A program made the translations under genes and the position numbers. The notes beneath the pieces were generated by a model. It saw only the letters and a list, made by a program, of their open reading frames with translations. It did no database searches and was not told the origin of the DNA. From Malacoraja senta (lineage: Eukaryota), in the NCBI GenBank assembly GCA_038087875.1, contig CM075993.1, forward strand, positions 6,140,001 through 6,204,000: a stretch of DNA of 64,000 bases, written 5' to 3'. Shown here in pieces: positions 23,881 to 36,428 of this stretch; position 1 is the first letter of the stretch; every line of letters begins with the position of its first letter.

Positions 23881-25829
23881 TGCTACTGTACAATACCCCT
23901 AGCGTAGACAGTGTAAGGATTAGGGTGGACTCAAGGCTTGGGATGTGGGGAGGATGTTTCCTGTATTGGGAGAGGCTAGGACAAGAGGACACTGCACCAG
24001 AATAAAAGGACGTACCTTTAGGGTTTGGACACGCTAGAGGCAGGAAACATGTTCCCGATGTTGGGGGAGTCCAGAACCAGAGGCCACAGTTTCAGAATAA
24101 GGGGCAAGCCATTTAGAACGGAGACGAGGAAACACTTTTTCTCACTTCAGAGTTGTGAGACTGTGGAATTCTCTGCCTCAGAGGGCAGTGGAGGCCGGAT
24201 CTCTGGATGCTTTCAAGAGAGAGCTAGATAGAGCTCTGAAAGATAGCGGAGTCAGGGGATATGGGGAGAAGGCAGGAACGGGGTACTGATTGGGGATGAT
24301 CAGCCATGATCACTTTGAAAGGCGGTGCTGGCTCGAAGGGCCGAATGGCTTACTCCTGCACCTATTGTCTATTTAGAATGGAGATGAGGAATTTTAGCCA
24401 GAGGGCGATGAATCTGTGGAATACATTGCCACAGGCAGTTGTGGAGGTCAAGTCATTGGATATTTAAAAAATGGAGATTGATAGGTTCTTAATGATTAAG
24501 GGTGTCAAAGGTTACAGGGAGAAGGCAGGAGAATGGGGTTGGGAGGGAAAAATAGATCACTTGATCGAATGGCAAAGCAAACACAATGGTCCAAATGGCC
24601 TAATTCTGCTCTAATTGATGGACTTTCCTGGGCATGACATAGATGTGGTGGCAGGAATAGGACTACTGAGCTAGTAAAGACTAAATGGGTCGAATGGCTT
24701 GTATAAGGAAGTTAAACACTTTTTCCATTTTACCCTTCACTTCAAATATACACAAAATGTTGGAGTAACTCAGCAGGACAGGCACATCTCTGGACGAAAG
24801 GAATGGGTGACATTTCGGGTCAACACCCTTCTTCAAACCGAGGGTCAGGGGAAGGAATCTAGAGATATGGAAGGGCAAGATGTGAAAACTAGAGATCAAA
24901 GCACACCTTACTCCTCCAAAGCTCTAGTCTCCCTCTTCCCAGACTCAAACATCACCCATTCCTTCTCTCCAGAGATGCTGCCTGTCCCGCTGAGTTACTC
25001 CAGCACTTTGTGTCTATCTTAAAGTAAAGCAAAGCATCCTTTATTGTCATTCAGACTTTTCGTTCTGAACAAAATTTTGTGCCTTGCAGTCATACATATA
25101 ATAAAAATGACAAAAACACACAATAAACACAAATTTAACATCCACCACAGTGAGTTCACCAGGCACCTCCTCACTGTGATGGAGGCAAAAGTCTTAAGTC
25201 TTTGTCTCTTCCCTCCTTGATCTCCCTCTGTGCTGAGGTGACCCAGGCCTCCAAAGTTGTGACCCCGCCGGGTGATGGTAAGCAAGTCAGTCCCGCGGCT
25301 GAATCCGAGCTCCGCGAACGGGCCGGTTCAAACTCCGCGGCCCGGGGTGGTCGAAGCTGTTGTTGCGTTAGCTCCGGAAAAACAGGTCACCAACCTGTAA
25401 CCTGTGAGCTCCCGATGATGTTGTCCACCGGGCCCGCGGCCAAGCCCACTGGTCAGGGTCGCCGCCGCCGGAACGCCGCCACAGCTCCGAGGTCGGGTCG
25501 CCGCTGCCATCAGAACGCCGCCACAGCCCGGACGCCACCAGCTCTGCCATTAAGCCTCGGCGGAGACGGAGACGGGGGATACGACAAGAAAAGTCGCATC
25601 CCCCCCGAAGGAAGAGACCAAAAACATGTTTCTCCCCCCACCCACATACACAACCTAATAAACCAAAATTAACTAAAACAGGACAACAGAACAAAAAAAA
25701 AGAAAAAAACAGACGGACCGCAGGCGAGCCGCAGCTGCTAAGGCAGCACCGCCATTTCCGGAGGTTTTCAGTGTAAACCAGCATCTGCAGTTCCTTCCCA
25801 CACACTTCAAATGTTCACAGCTCATGTAG

Positions 25830-27022
25830 TTAGTCTGACATCGGTGGTGGGGAAGATGCTGGACTCAATTATTAAAGAAGTAATAACAGCGCATTAGTCC
25901 AAGTCAGCATTGATTTATGAAGGGGAAATCCTGCTTGACTAATCTTCTGGAATTTTTTGAGGATGCGACAAGTAAAATGGATGAAGGAGCGCCAGTGGAT
26001 GTGTACCTGGACTTTCAGAAAGCCTTTGATAAGGTCCCACACAGGAGATTAGTGGGCAAAATTAGAGCACATGGTATTGGGGGTAGGGTATTTGACATGG
26101 ATAGAGAATTGGTTGGTAGACAGGAAACAAAGAGTAGGAATAAACGGGTCCCTGTCAGAATGGCAGGCAGTGGCGAGTGGGGTGCCGCAAGGCTCGGTGC
26201 TGGGGCAGCAACTATTTACAATATATATTAATGATTTAGATGATGGAATTAAAAGTAACACTAGCAAATTTGCAGATGGCACAAAGCTAGGTGGCAGTGT
26301 GAACAGCGAAGAGGATGCTAGAAGGTTGCAGGGTGACTTGGACAGGTTGAGTGAGTGGGCAGATGCAGTATAATGTACTGTATAATGTAGATAAATGTGA
26401 GGTTATCCACTTTGGCAGCAAGAACAAGGAGGCAGATTATTATCTCAATGGCGTCAGATTAGGAAAAAGGGAAGTGCAACAAGACCTGGGTGTCCTTGTA
26501 CACCTGTCACTGAAAGTAAACATGCAGGCATGATGGCCTTCATAACGAGATGATTTGAGTATAGTAGAGGGGTCCTTCTGCAGTTGTACGGGGCCTTGGT
26601 GAGACCACATCTGGAGGATTGTGTGCTATTTTGGTCTCCTAATTTGAGGAAGGACATCCTTGCTATTGAGGCAGTGCAGCGTTGGCTCACAAGGTTAATC
26701 CCTGGGATGACAGGAATGTCATACGAGGAAAGATTGGAAAGACTGGGCTTGTATTCACTGGAATTTAGAAGGAGAGGGGATCCATATACAATTATAAGGA
26801 CTGGACAAGCTAGATGCAGGAAAAACTTTCCCAATGTTGGGAGAGTCCAGAACCAGGGGCCACAGTCTAAGACTAAAGGGGAGGCCATTTAAAACTGAGA
26901 TGAAAAAAACGTTTTCACTGAGTTGTGAATTTGTGGAATTCTCTTCCACAGAAGGCAGTAGAGGCCAGTTCACTGGATGGATTTGAAAGAGAGTTAGATA
27001 GAGCTCTAGGGGCTAGCGGAAT
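25830..27022 (+). mobile_element. CR1 LINE ORF2 remnant with decayed reverse transcriptase
   Basis: KSCLTNLLEFFE, YLDFQKAFDKVPH, SGVPQGSVLG and KFADGTKL motifs, with stops and frameshifts. Confidence 0.93.
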
Positions 27023-30000
27023 CAATGGTAAAGAGCCTCTGGACTGTTTCCTTGTTTGTACAACCAAAGTCAGCACAAACAACATAGGACTAAAGATCCC
27101 AGCTCTATACATAGATACAATAGACAATAGACAATAGGTGCAGGAGTAGGCCATTTGGCCCTTCGAGCCAGCACCACCATTCAATGTGATCATGGCTGAT
27201 CATCCACAATCAGTACCCCGTTCCGGCCTTCTCCCCATATCCCCTAACTCTGCTATTTTTAAGAGCCCTATCTAGCTCTCTCTTGAAAGCATCCAGAGAA
27301 CCGGCCTCCACCGCCCCCTGAGGCAGAGAATTCCACAGACTCACCACTCTCTGTGAGAAAACGTGTTTCCTCGTCTCCGTTCTAAATGGATACAAAAAGC
27401 TGCAGTAACCCTGCGGGTCAGGCAGCATCTCTGGAGAAAAGGAATAGGTGACGTTTCAGGTGGAGACCCTTCTTCAGACCAGGAAGAGTCTGAAGAAGGG
27501 TCTCCACCCAAAACTTCCTTTTCTCCAGAGATGCTGTCTGTCCCGCTGAGTTACTCCAGCATTTTCGTGCCTATCTGCCAACCAGCATCTGCAGTTCCTT
27601 CTTACCGAGCTCCACACATGGTCCACAGGTCATTGCCATTAGCAGTGCAAAATTACAAGTCGACTTCAGTTGTCACCAATTCTTGTAAAATGCTTACTTC
27701 ACTAGCATTTGAGTTAATCTGTGGAACTCATTGCCACAGAGGGCTGTGGGGGCCACAAGTCAGTAGATATTTTTAAGGCAGAGATAGACAAATTCTTGAT
27801 TAGAACTGGTGTCAAGGATTTTGGGGAGAAGGCAGGAAAATGGACTTAAGAGGCCATGATCATATTGAATGGCGGTGCAGGCTCCAAGGGCCGAATGGCC
27901 TACTCCTGCACCTATTTTCTATGTATCTATGTATCTATGATTGAATGGCGGACTCGATGGGCCGAATGGCCGAATTCGACCCCTACAACTTGTGAACAAA
28001 GGCAAGTTGAGTTTTAAGAAAGTGAAACAGTTTGCGTTTCCTGATATATTTCGGGGGGTGTGTTTTTATTCTTCTTGGGCGAAAAACGTGACGGGATTCC
28101 GGGAATTGCTCAAGCCGGGTTAACACAGGCGACCCGACCTCAGCCGGAGAAATACTGGCGGAGATTGTGGTTGGAACCGCGGGCCGCGCCTCCAGCATAG
28201 ACCGGCCGCGCCTCCACCTTCACGCCGGGACTAAGCAACTGCTGTCCGGCCCCGCTGAGCTTCTCCAGCTTGTTGTGTCTATCAGCTTAACATCGCAACA
28301 GTCCACTTAGTGTCAGAAAATTAAACTTCCAGCAAGGGCAGCGAGAGATTTAGTTTTTTGGCGTACAAGCTAAAGGGCCATCTACAAAGACAAATTATCT
28401 AAAGCCTTGTTGTCTAAGGGAATTGGACAGGTCTGGCGAGACTGCCAGCGTAATTCTATCGGCGTTCCGTTCTGATCCCTCTATAGTCTCAACACAGACT
28501 GCGTTTACTTTGCACGGACTTATCTTTAAAGATTCAAGCTCAGTTGACTAGCATTAGAGTCACAGAGCGTGTAAACAGGCCCTTCATTCAGCCCAGCTTG
28601 CCCACACCGACCAACATGTCCCATCAACGCTAGTCCCAATAGATAATAGGTGCAAGAGCCAGCACCGCCATTCAATGTGATCATGGCTGATCATCCCCAA
28701 TCAGTACCCAGTTCCTGCCTTCTCCCCATATCCCCTGACTCCGCTATCTTTAAGAGCCCTATCTAGCTCTCTTGAAAGTGTCCACTTGCCTGCATTTGGC
28801 CCATATCTTTCTAAACCTGCCCGGGTAACAATACTGTGCTACTCAGTCTGAAGAAGGGTTCCGACTCGAAACGTCACCCATCATTTTTCTCCAGAGATGC
28901 TGCCTGTCCCGCTGAGTTACTCCAGCACTTTGTGTCCATCTTCGGTGTAAACCAGCACCTGCAGTTCCTTCCTACACAACACTGTGTATTGCGTTTATCC
29001 GCGTGTAATTGGATTCTCAGCCAAGCACAAACCAGCGCTGGAGGAACTCAGCGGGCCAGGCAGCATCTGTGGAGGGAAGTGGAGGGCGACTTTTCGGGTC
29101 GGGACCCTTCTTCAGACCGATGGAAGAAGAGGGGGAAGAAAGCTGGAAAATAGATCTCTCTCCCTCATTCCATCAGAAAGGTCCCGACCCAAAACGTCGC
29201 CTGTCCAATCCCCTCCACAGATGCTGCCTGGCCCGCTCAGTTCCTCCAGCGCTTTGTTTTATTCAGGATCCCAGCACCTGCAATTCCTTGTGGAAAAGAC
29301 ACGATGCTGGAGTAACTCAGAGTGGGCCAAGGACAGAGAACGCTGGAGTAACTCACTGGGTTACTCCAGCACATCTTTGGAGGACTTGTTCTCCATTGCG
29401 TTACTCCAGCATTGTGTCTTTCTTTGGTAAACCAGCATCTGCCGTTCCTGGTGTCTCAATTCTATCCTTTTAAGATTGCTCCGAATTCCGCTGCCCTCGA
29501 AACCGAACGCTTACAATTTTCAATTGGAGCTTCAAAAAGGGTACGAGGGGAAAATTGCTCAGCGAACGAAAGGCGGTGGGCCAGCGCGTTGCTTCAACAG
29601 TTCGAGAGAGACAGAGTGATACAGCGCGGAAATAGGCGCGTTGACCCAACGCCCACGGCTTCCAACATGCCCCAGCTACACTAGTCCCACCTGCCCGCGT
29701 TGGGCCCATATCCATCCAACCTTCCCTGTTCAGGGCGACCCATTAATGATCCCAAATGGAAGCTAAACATTTTTGTTTTTAACAAGATATACACTTTTGC
29801 AAGATATACAAGATATACCAAGAATTAGTGCATTAGATTTATCCTAATAGAAAATAGAAAATAAATCTAGAATTGGAGTATTCGGCCGGGGGACAATATA
29901 CTATCCTATTTGCCCATCCCTCTCGCGAAATTGGGAATGAAAGCCACTTTTTAACCAAAGGACACGAATTTAAGGTGAGAGGGGAAAGATTTAATAGGAA

Positions 30001-32011
30001 CCCGAGAGGGCAATATCGATTAGTAAGGGTGTCAGAGCAGGAGAATGGGGGTTGACCCCAAAGATAGACCAGCCATGATTGGAAAGGCGGATGGGCCGAA
30101 TGGCATAATTCTGCTCCTAGAACTTCTCACGCGTTTGCTGGGTATATGGACCAAGCTGACAGGGGAGGTAGTTGAGGCAGCACGTTTAAACAGGTACTTG
30201 GATAGGCAAGGGTTAGAGGGATATGGGCCAAATGCGGGCAGGTGGGGCTAGCGTAGATGGGGCATCTGAGAAACATAGAAAAATAGGTGCAGGAGTAGGC
30301 CATTCGGCCCTTCGAGCCTGCACCGCCAATCAATATGATCATGGCTGGTCATCCAACTCAGTATCCTGTACCTGCCTTCTCTCCATACCCCCTGATCCCT
30401 TTAGCCACAAAGGCCACATCTAGTCTTAAATATAGCCAATGAACTGGCCTCTACTTTCTGTGGCAGAGAATTCCACAGATTCACCACTCTCTGTGTGAAA
30501 AATGATTTTCTCATCTCGGTCCTAAAAGACTTCCCCCTTATCCTTAAACTGTGACCCCTTGTTCTGGACTTCCCCAACATCGGGAACAATCTTCTTGCAT
30601 CTAGCCTGTCCAACCCCTTGAGAACCCCTATCTTGGTCCGCGTGGGCAGGTTGGGCTGAAGAAGGGCCAATTTCCATGGGACTGTGACTGTCCCCGTTAC
30701 TATCCCGCTTCACGTGGAGCGACTCGAAATCTACATACAACCTTCCCTTTAACTTGAAGCGGAGGTGCTGATTATAGTTGCCAAACACGAGTTACAAGTA
30801 ACAGCTGTGACACCGACTGCATTAAAGCCTTGAAAGTCTGTCACATCGAAAGTAGCCGAGAGCGTTTCATTGTTAAGTGACATAACAAAGGGACATTCTT
30901 CCTCGAAGCAACATTGCAGGCCTACAAGAACTGCCATCCGTAAAGAACATATTTCCATTAACGAGACGCCAATTAACCGATTTTCACTGCCCAGCGAGTT
31001 AGTCATCCAGCATTGGAAGAGGCCCTTCGGCCCAACTTTTCCCTGCCGCCCAAGATGCGGAGGAAGGAACTGCAGATGCTGGTTTAAACCGAAGGTAGAC
31101 ACACAAAAATACTGGAGTAACTCAGCGGGACAGGCAGCATCTCTGGAGAGAAGGAATGGGTGATATTTCGGGTCGGGACCCTCCGACACTAGTTCCACCT
31201 GCTCACGTTTGGCCCATATCCCCTCTAAACATTCAGTTTGAAGGGTCTCGACCCGAAACGCCACCCATCCACGTTCCCCAAAGATGCTGCCTGACCCGCT
31301 GAGTTAGACACAAAAAATGCTGGAGTTTCTCTCCTTTAAACCTTTCCTATCCGCGTACCTGCCCAGACGTCTTTTTTGAGACTCAAACAGTCGAAGTGGG
31401 GTGGCCAGAGCAAACACAACTAATGGCCGAGCGGTGAAACAAAACGGTGTGGAGGGGGGGGGGCGAGATTGAATGGGGTTGACGGGCCGAGTGGTCTGGG
31501 GATGCAAGCTGGGAGAAGCAAAGATTTGAGGTCCTACACCAATTGCTACACGCATTTCCACAAAGGAGGGAATTGCCAGCGTTCCCCACCGTTAGCGTCC
31601 AGTCCACAAACACACACACACACTCGCGTTGGACGGAGCTGCAGATGTTGGTTTAAACCCAAGATAAGTCACAAAATACTGGAGCAACTCAGCCGGTCAG
31701 ACAGCAGACATCATTGTGGGTCGAGACCCTTCTTCGGATAGAACGATCTCGACCCAAAACATCACGCGTCCCCCTCATTTCTCCGGAGATGCTGCCCGAC
31801 CCGCTGAGTTTTTAACTCCAGCGCTTTAGATTCGAGGGGGAGCCGTTTCGGCAGCGAACGAGTGCTGGCTAGGAGTTAACGCGCTTCCCTTCCACTTTCC
31901 ACACCCCTCGGCGGTTCAAAGCTAAAAAATGGTCGCTGATACGCCTCTCTCTTCCACCCCCCCCCCCCTCCCCTCTCTCTCAGAAGCAGCGTTGATATGT
32001 TAACAACTCAC

Positions 32012-33098
32012 TCGCAACTTAGAGGATACAAGGCTCTCCTTGGCCCGGGTTGCGCGGTTTGGCACAACATCGGATCTAATCTACCTCCTATACAAGGAGA
32101 GCAATTGCAACCGGCGGCGGTAGAGGCTGGGCCAAAGCCCAAACTAGACTCTGCCTTCCAGATGTGAGTGAGGCTGCGAGCTTTGTTGTTTAAACAGGGT
32201 GCCGTCACCTCCGGAGGCTTCAGCGGGCGTTTCTGTCCAAGTCGCTACACCAGCGTTTGTTGGGAAGCAAAGGAGCGTTTAATAGTTGCACTGAGAGACA
32301 CGGCGTGGAAACGGGCCCTTCGGCCCACCGAGTCCCGGCCGCCCAGCTCCATCCTACACACTCAGGGGGGGGGGGGGTTTACAGAAGGGCCAATCAACCT
32401 GCAAGTCTTTGGGGAGGTGGAGGTGGGGGGTGGGCAAAAACTAACCCGGTCACAAAGGGTGAACTTGCAAACTCCACACAGGCAGCTGCCGTGGTCAGGA
32501 TCGAACCCGGGTCTCTGGCGCAGCGAGGCAGCGACTCCACCGCTGCCGGGCAAGGACAGGGGCCCGGTTACACACACGGTGGGGAGGGTGTGTGTCGCGT
32601 CATTGCAATCTTTCAGCAAACGCCGACTGCACCTTGCCTGGGCTCCAATGTATTACAACGCGGAGCGACCATCCCCACACACACACACAGAGAATAGAAC
32701 AACATTTTAACCGGAGCAGATTAGAAGATTGAGAGGCCGGTCACCGTTCAAACAAGGGGGAAGAGAAGTTAACGGGAGTTACACCAGTTAAACTTCACAT
32801 AGTTTGTAACATACTTTCGAACAAACAACCCCCCCCCTCTTGCAAGCTTGGCCAAGAATTCCAGCGGATCTCAGTAAGCGTCGAACACACAAACTGCGTA
32901 AAACTCTTCAAAAGAAGTGGGGCGTAAGGCTGCGAGACTGAGTGTGTGTGTTACACTCTCACACACACACACACAGGAGCCACTCTGGACGTATTTGCCC
33001 CTCCATCCCCACTCTCCCCTCTCTCCCCCTCCCCAAAGTCTTACCTCTTCTTCATTGCTGCTGTTGTTGTTATTATGGTCATCAGCCTTCGTACTCAT
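32012..33098 (-). other. Candidate spliced transcript, unidentified ORF or lncRNA: exon A 33045-33098 (MSTKADDHNNNNSSNEEE) and exon B 32012-32244
   Basis: ATG in gcaaacATGA context, strong donor AG/gtaaga, acceptor gtgtag, exon B open in frame for 77 codons, then donor gtgagt. No recognisable homology. Confidence 0.4.
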
Positions 33099-33184
33099 GT
33101 TTGCAACTTTCCGCTGGACTGTGTCGCTCACTGCTGCTGCTCGCCGTCTCTCCACCAAAACCCAAGTTCGGTCCCAAAAGCAAA

Positions 33185-33222
<38 letters not shown>

Positions 33223-33499
33223 GGGTGGTGGTGGTGGTGGTGGGGGAAAGAAAAACCCCAAACGACAGCAAAAGGGAAAGCGACGGGGAGTTGGTGGCAG
33301 TCGAGTTCAGACCTGGGTGCCAAGGTTGGTAGTCGGTAGAAAACGCCAAGTCGCGGTCCGTCTTAGAGAGCGAAGAATGGGAGAGGGGAACAAAAAAAAA
33401 AGACTGTATTCTCTTGCCAAACCTCACACCCACTAAACCAACCAAACAAATATCTATTTTAAAAATGTTTAAAAAAAACAACACCCCACAAACCCCCTA

Positions 33500-33900
33500 A
33501 AGATGTTCCAAATGTCTGGGTGTGCGCGCTGTGAAGGTGAGCAGAGAGAGAGATGTTAGCCGGTTTAATCCCACCCTGCTTTTTGCTTCAATGCTTTTCA
33601 CGTGTTTCTTATCAATTCGGGAGCTGGGATTAGTCGAGGGGGTGGGTGGGTGGGTGGGCGAAGGCGGCGCGCTCCGAGCCGGCCCCAACTCCACTCCTCT
33701 GCTCTCCAAATTGATCGGCGAACGAGGAAGCTGGCCGGAATTTAATGTAACAATCTACTTCAGCTGGGAGAACATCCAACCCGTTTGCGTCATGGTCTCC
33801 AATGGAAACCCCAGCGCCAATCAGACCTGCCTGTAGCACTCTTTAATTGGGAGAAAAAAAGTTAACTTTGATGTGTTTACCGATTGAGCCTCTTGTATTT
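33500..33900. promoter_or_regulatory. Promoter-like unique block upstream of the candidate minus-strand transcript
   Basis: TAATCC 33566-33571, GGATTA 33627-33632, CACGTG 33599-33604, GT/GC boxes near 33640-33660, TGCGTCA 33786-33792, CCAAT at 33799 and 33817; CpG-rich and free of repeats. Confidence 0.5.
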
Positions 33901-34384
33901 GGACCGAGATGTTTCAAATGGGTGCACGGGTAAACTGGTCGCTTTGAGCTGCCGGTGGAGTTTAACTACTTCACTGCTGGTGATTGTTGGTTGGCGCCCT
34001 GTCTCTGTAAACCTACCCCGATCCCCTCCCTGGGAAAGCGGCGGTGAAGGCAAGGGGATTCAGTGTCGCCTGCCTGTCCATGTCACAGAGACAATGAGTC
34101 CCCCGGGGGCCCCGGCTTCACCAAGTGCTATTCCCACGGAGCTGATCTGTATCGAGGATATGATTTTTCCCAAACTTGTTTTGGAATGTGTAATTCTGGT
34201 CTGTGTGGTTCATGCAATACATTCCAGCTCGGTCCTGCTAAGGTCACTGCGCTGTTTCTTTGTGGGTTCTTGTCCGCCCATTACAGTTTTGCAAAGACCC
34301 TTCATTGTCCCCATGACAAACACTTGTTGAGTGCAGATATATACTGGGAGGCTTCAGTTAGCCCAAATTACCATATAATAATAT

Positions 34385-34714
34385 GTACACACACTGACAC
34401 ACATGGACATGGACACACACACACAGATGAACACACAGATATACAGAAAGAGAGAGACACACAGATATACAGAAAGAGAGAGAGACACACACACACACAC
34501 AGACACACAGACACACACACACACCACACACATACACAGATACACACACACAGACACACACACACACACAGACACACACACAGACACACACACACACACA
34601 CACACAGACACACACACACACTGACACACACACACACACAGACACACACACCACACACACACAGACACACACACACACAGACACACACAAACACACACAC
34701 ACACACAGACACAG

Positions 34715-34761
<47 letters not shown>

Positions 34762-34806
34762 CACACACACACAGACACACACAAACACACACACACACAG
34801 ACACAG

Positions 34807-34839
<33 letters not shown>

Positions 34840-34948
34840 CACACAGACACACACACAAACACACACACACACAGACACACACACACAGACACAGACACAG
34901 ATACACACACACACACACACAACAGACACACACACAACACACAGACAG

Positions 34949-34989
<41 letters not shown>

Positions 34990-35035
34990 TACACACACAC
35001 AGATACACACACACAGATACACACACACGCACAAG

Positions 35036-35080
<45 letters not shown>

Positions 35081-35146
35081 AAACACACAGATATACAGAA
35101 AGAGAGAGAGACACACACAGATACACACACACAGATACACACACAT
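34385..35146. repeat. Compound (CA)n/(CAGA) microsatellite
   Basis: Direct reading. Confidence 0.97.
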
Positions 35147-35661
35147 GTGACGTTTCTGCTCGGGACCCTTCTTCAGACAATCCAATGTCCCATAATATAT
35201 TCTTTAAATATTAAGGTTTGTGTTGAAAGTGTGGTGCCGTGGTTACGGGTGGGCGGAAGGAAGATGACGAGGTCTGGTAAAAGTTTACTTTGGTTTTAGT
35301 AATCAGGCCTCCGTGTTGGCTGATGCCTGGTTGATCGAGCGTTCATTCAGTTGCGAGCGAGGTCCATATATAGGAGCAAGGAACACGAAGCCTCTGAGGG
35401 TTCATTGTTCCCCTGGTTTGGATTGCTCCCAGGAGAGCGGGCGCAAAGACAAATTTAGGCATTTTTTCTGTGGAAGGGGGAGGGCAGAATAGAATCGAAA
35501 GCATTGTAACAACAGCACTCTCCCCAAGACGAAAAGGCGTAAACAGAGTAACATTCAATTAAACCGTGAAGTGAAACCGCTTCACTTTTAAAAGCAAAGA
35601 CCAACGTTAAATTACATGGCCCCAAGAAATCGGCTCCCAATTGCTTCGGGGTTTGAATTGC

Positions 35662-36428
<767 letters not shown>

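Noticed and set aside
25917..26373. Intact reverse transcriptase gene
   Set aside because: Frameshifts, stops and a mutated FADD motif (FADG) mark it as a dead CR1 copy
18646..33400. miR-9 or miR-7 hairpin, suspected from human synteny
   Set aside because: Neither mature sequence was found by eye on either strand
35364..35374. CArG-like CCATATATAGG
   Set aside because: Seven A/T bases between CC and GG, so it is not the CC(A/T)6GG consensus
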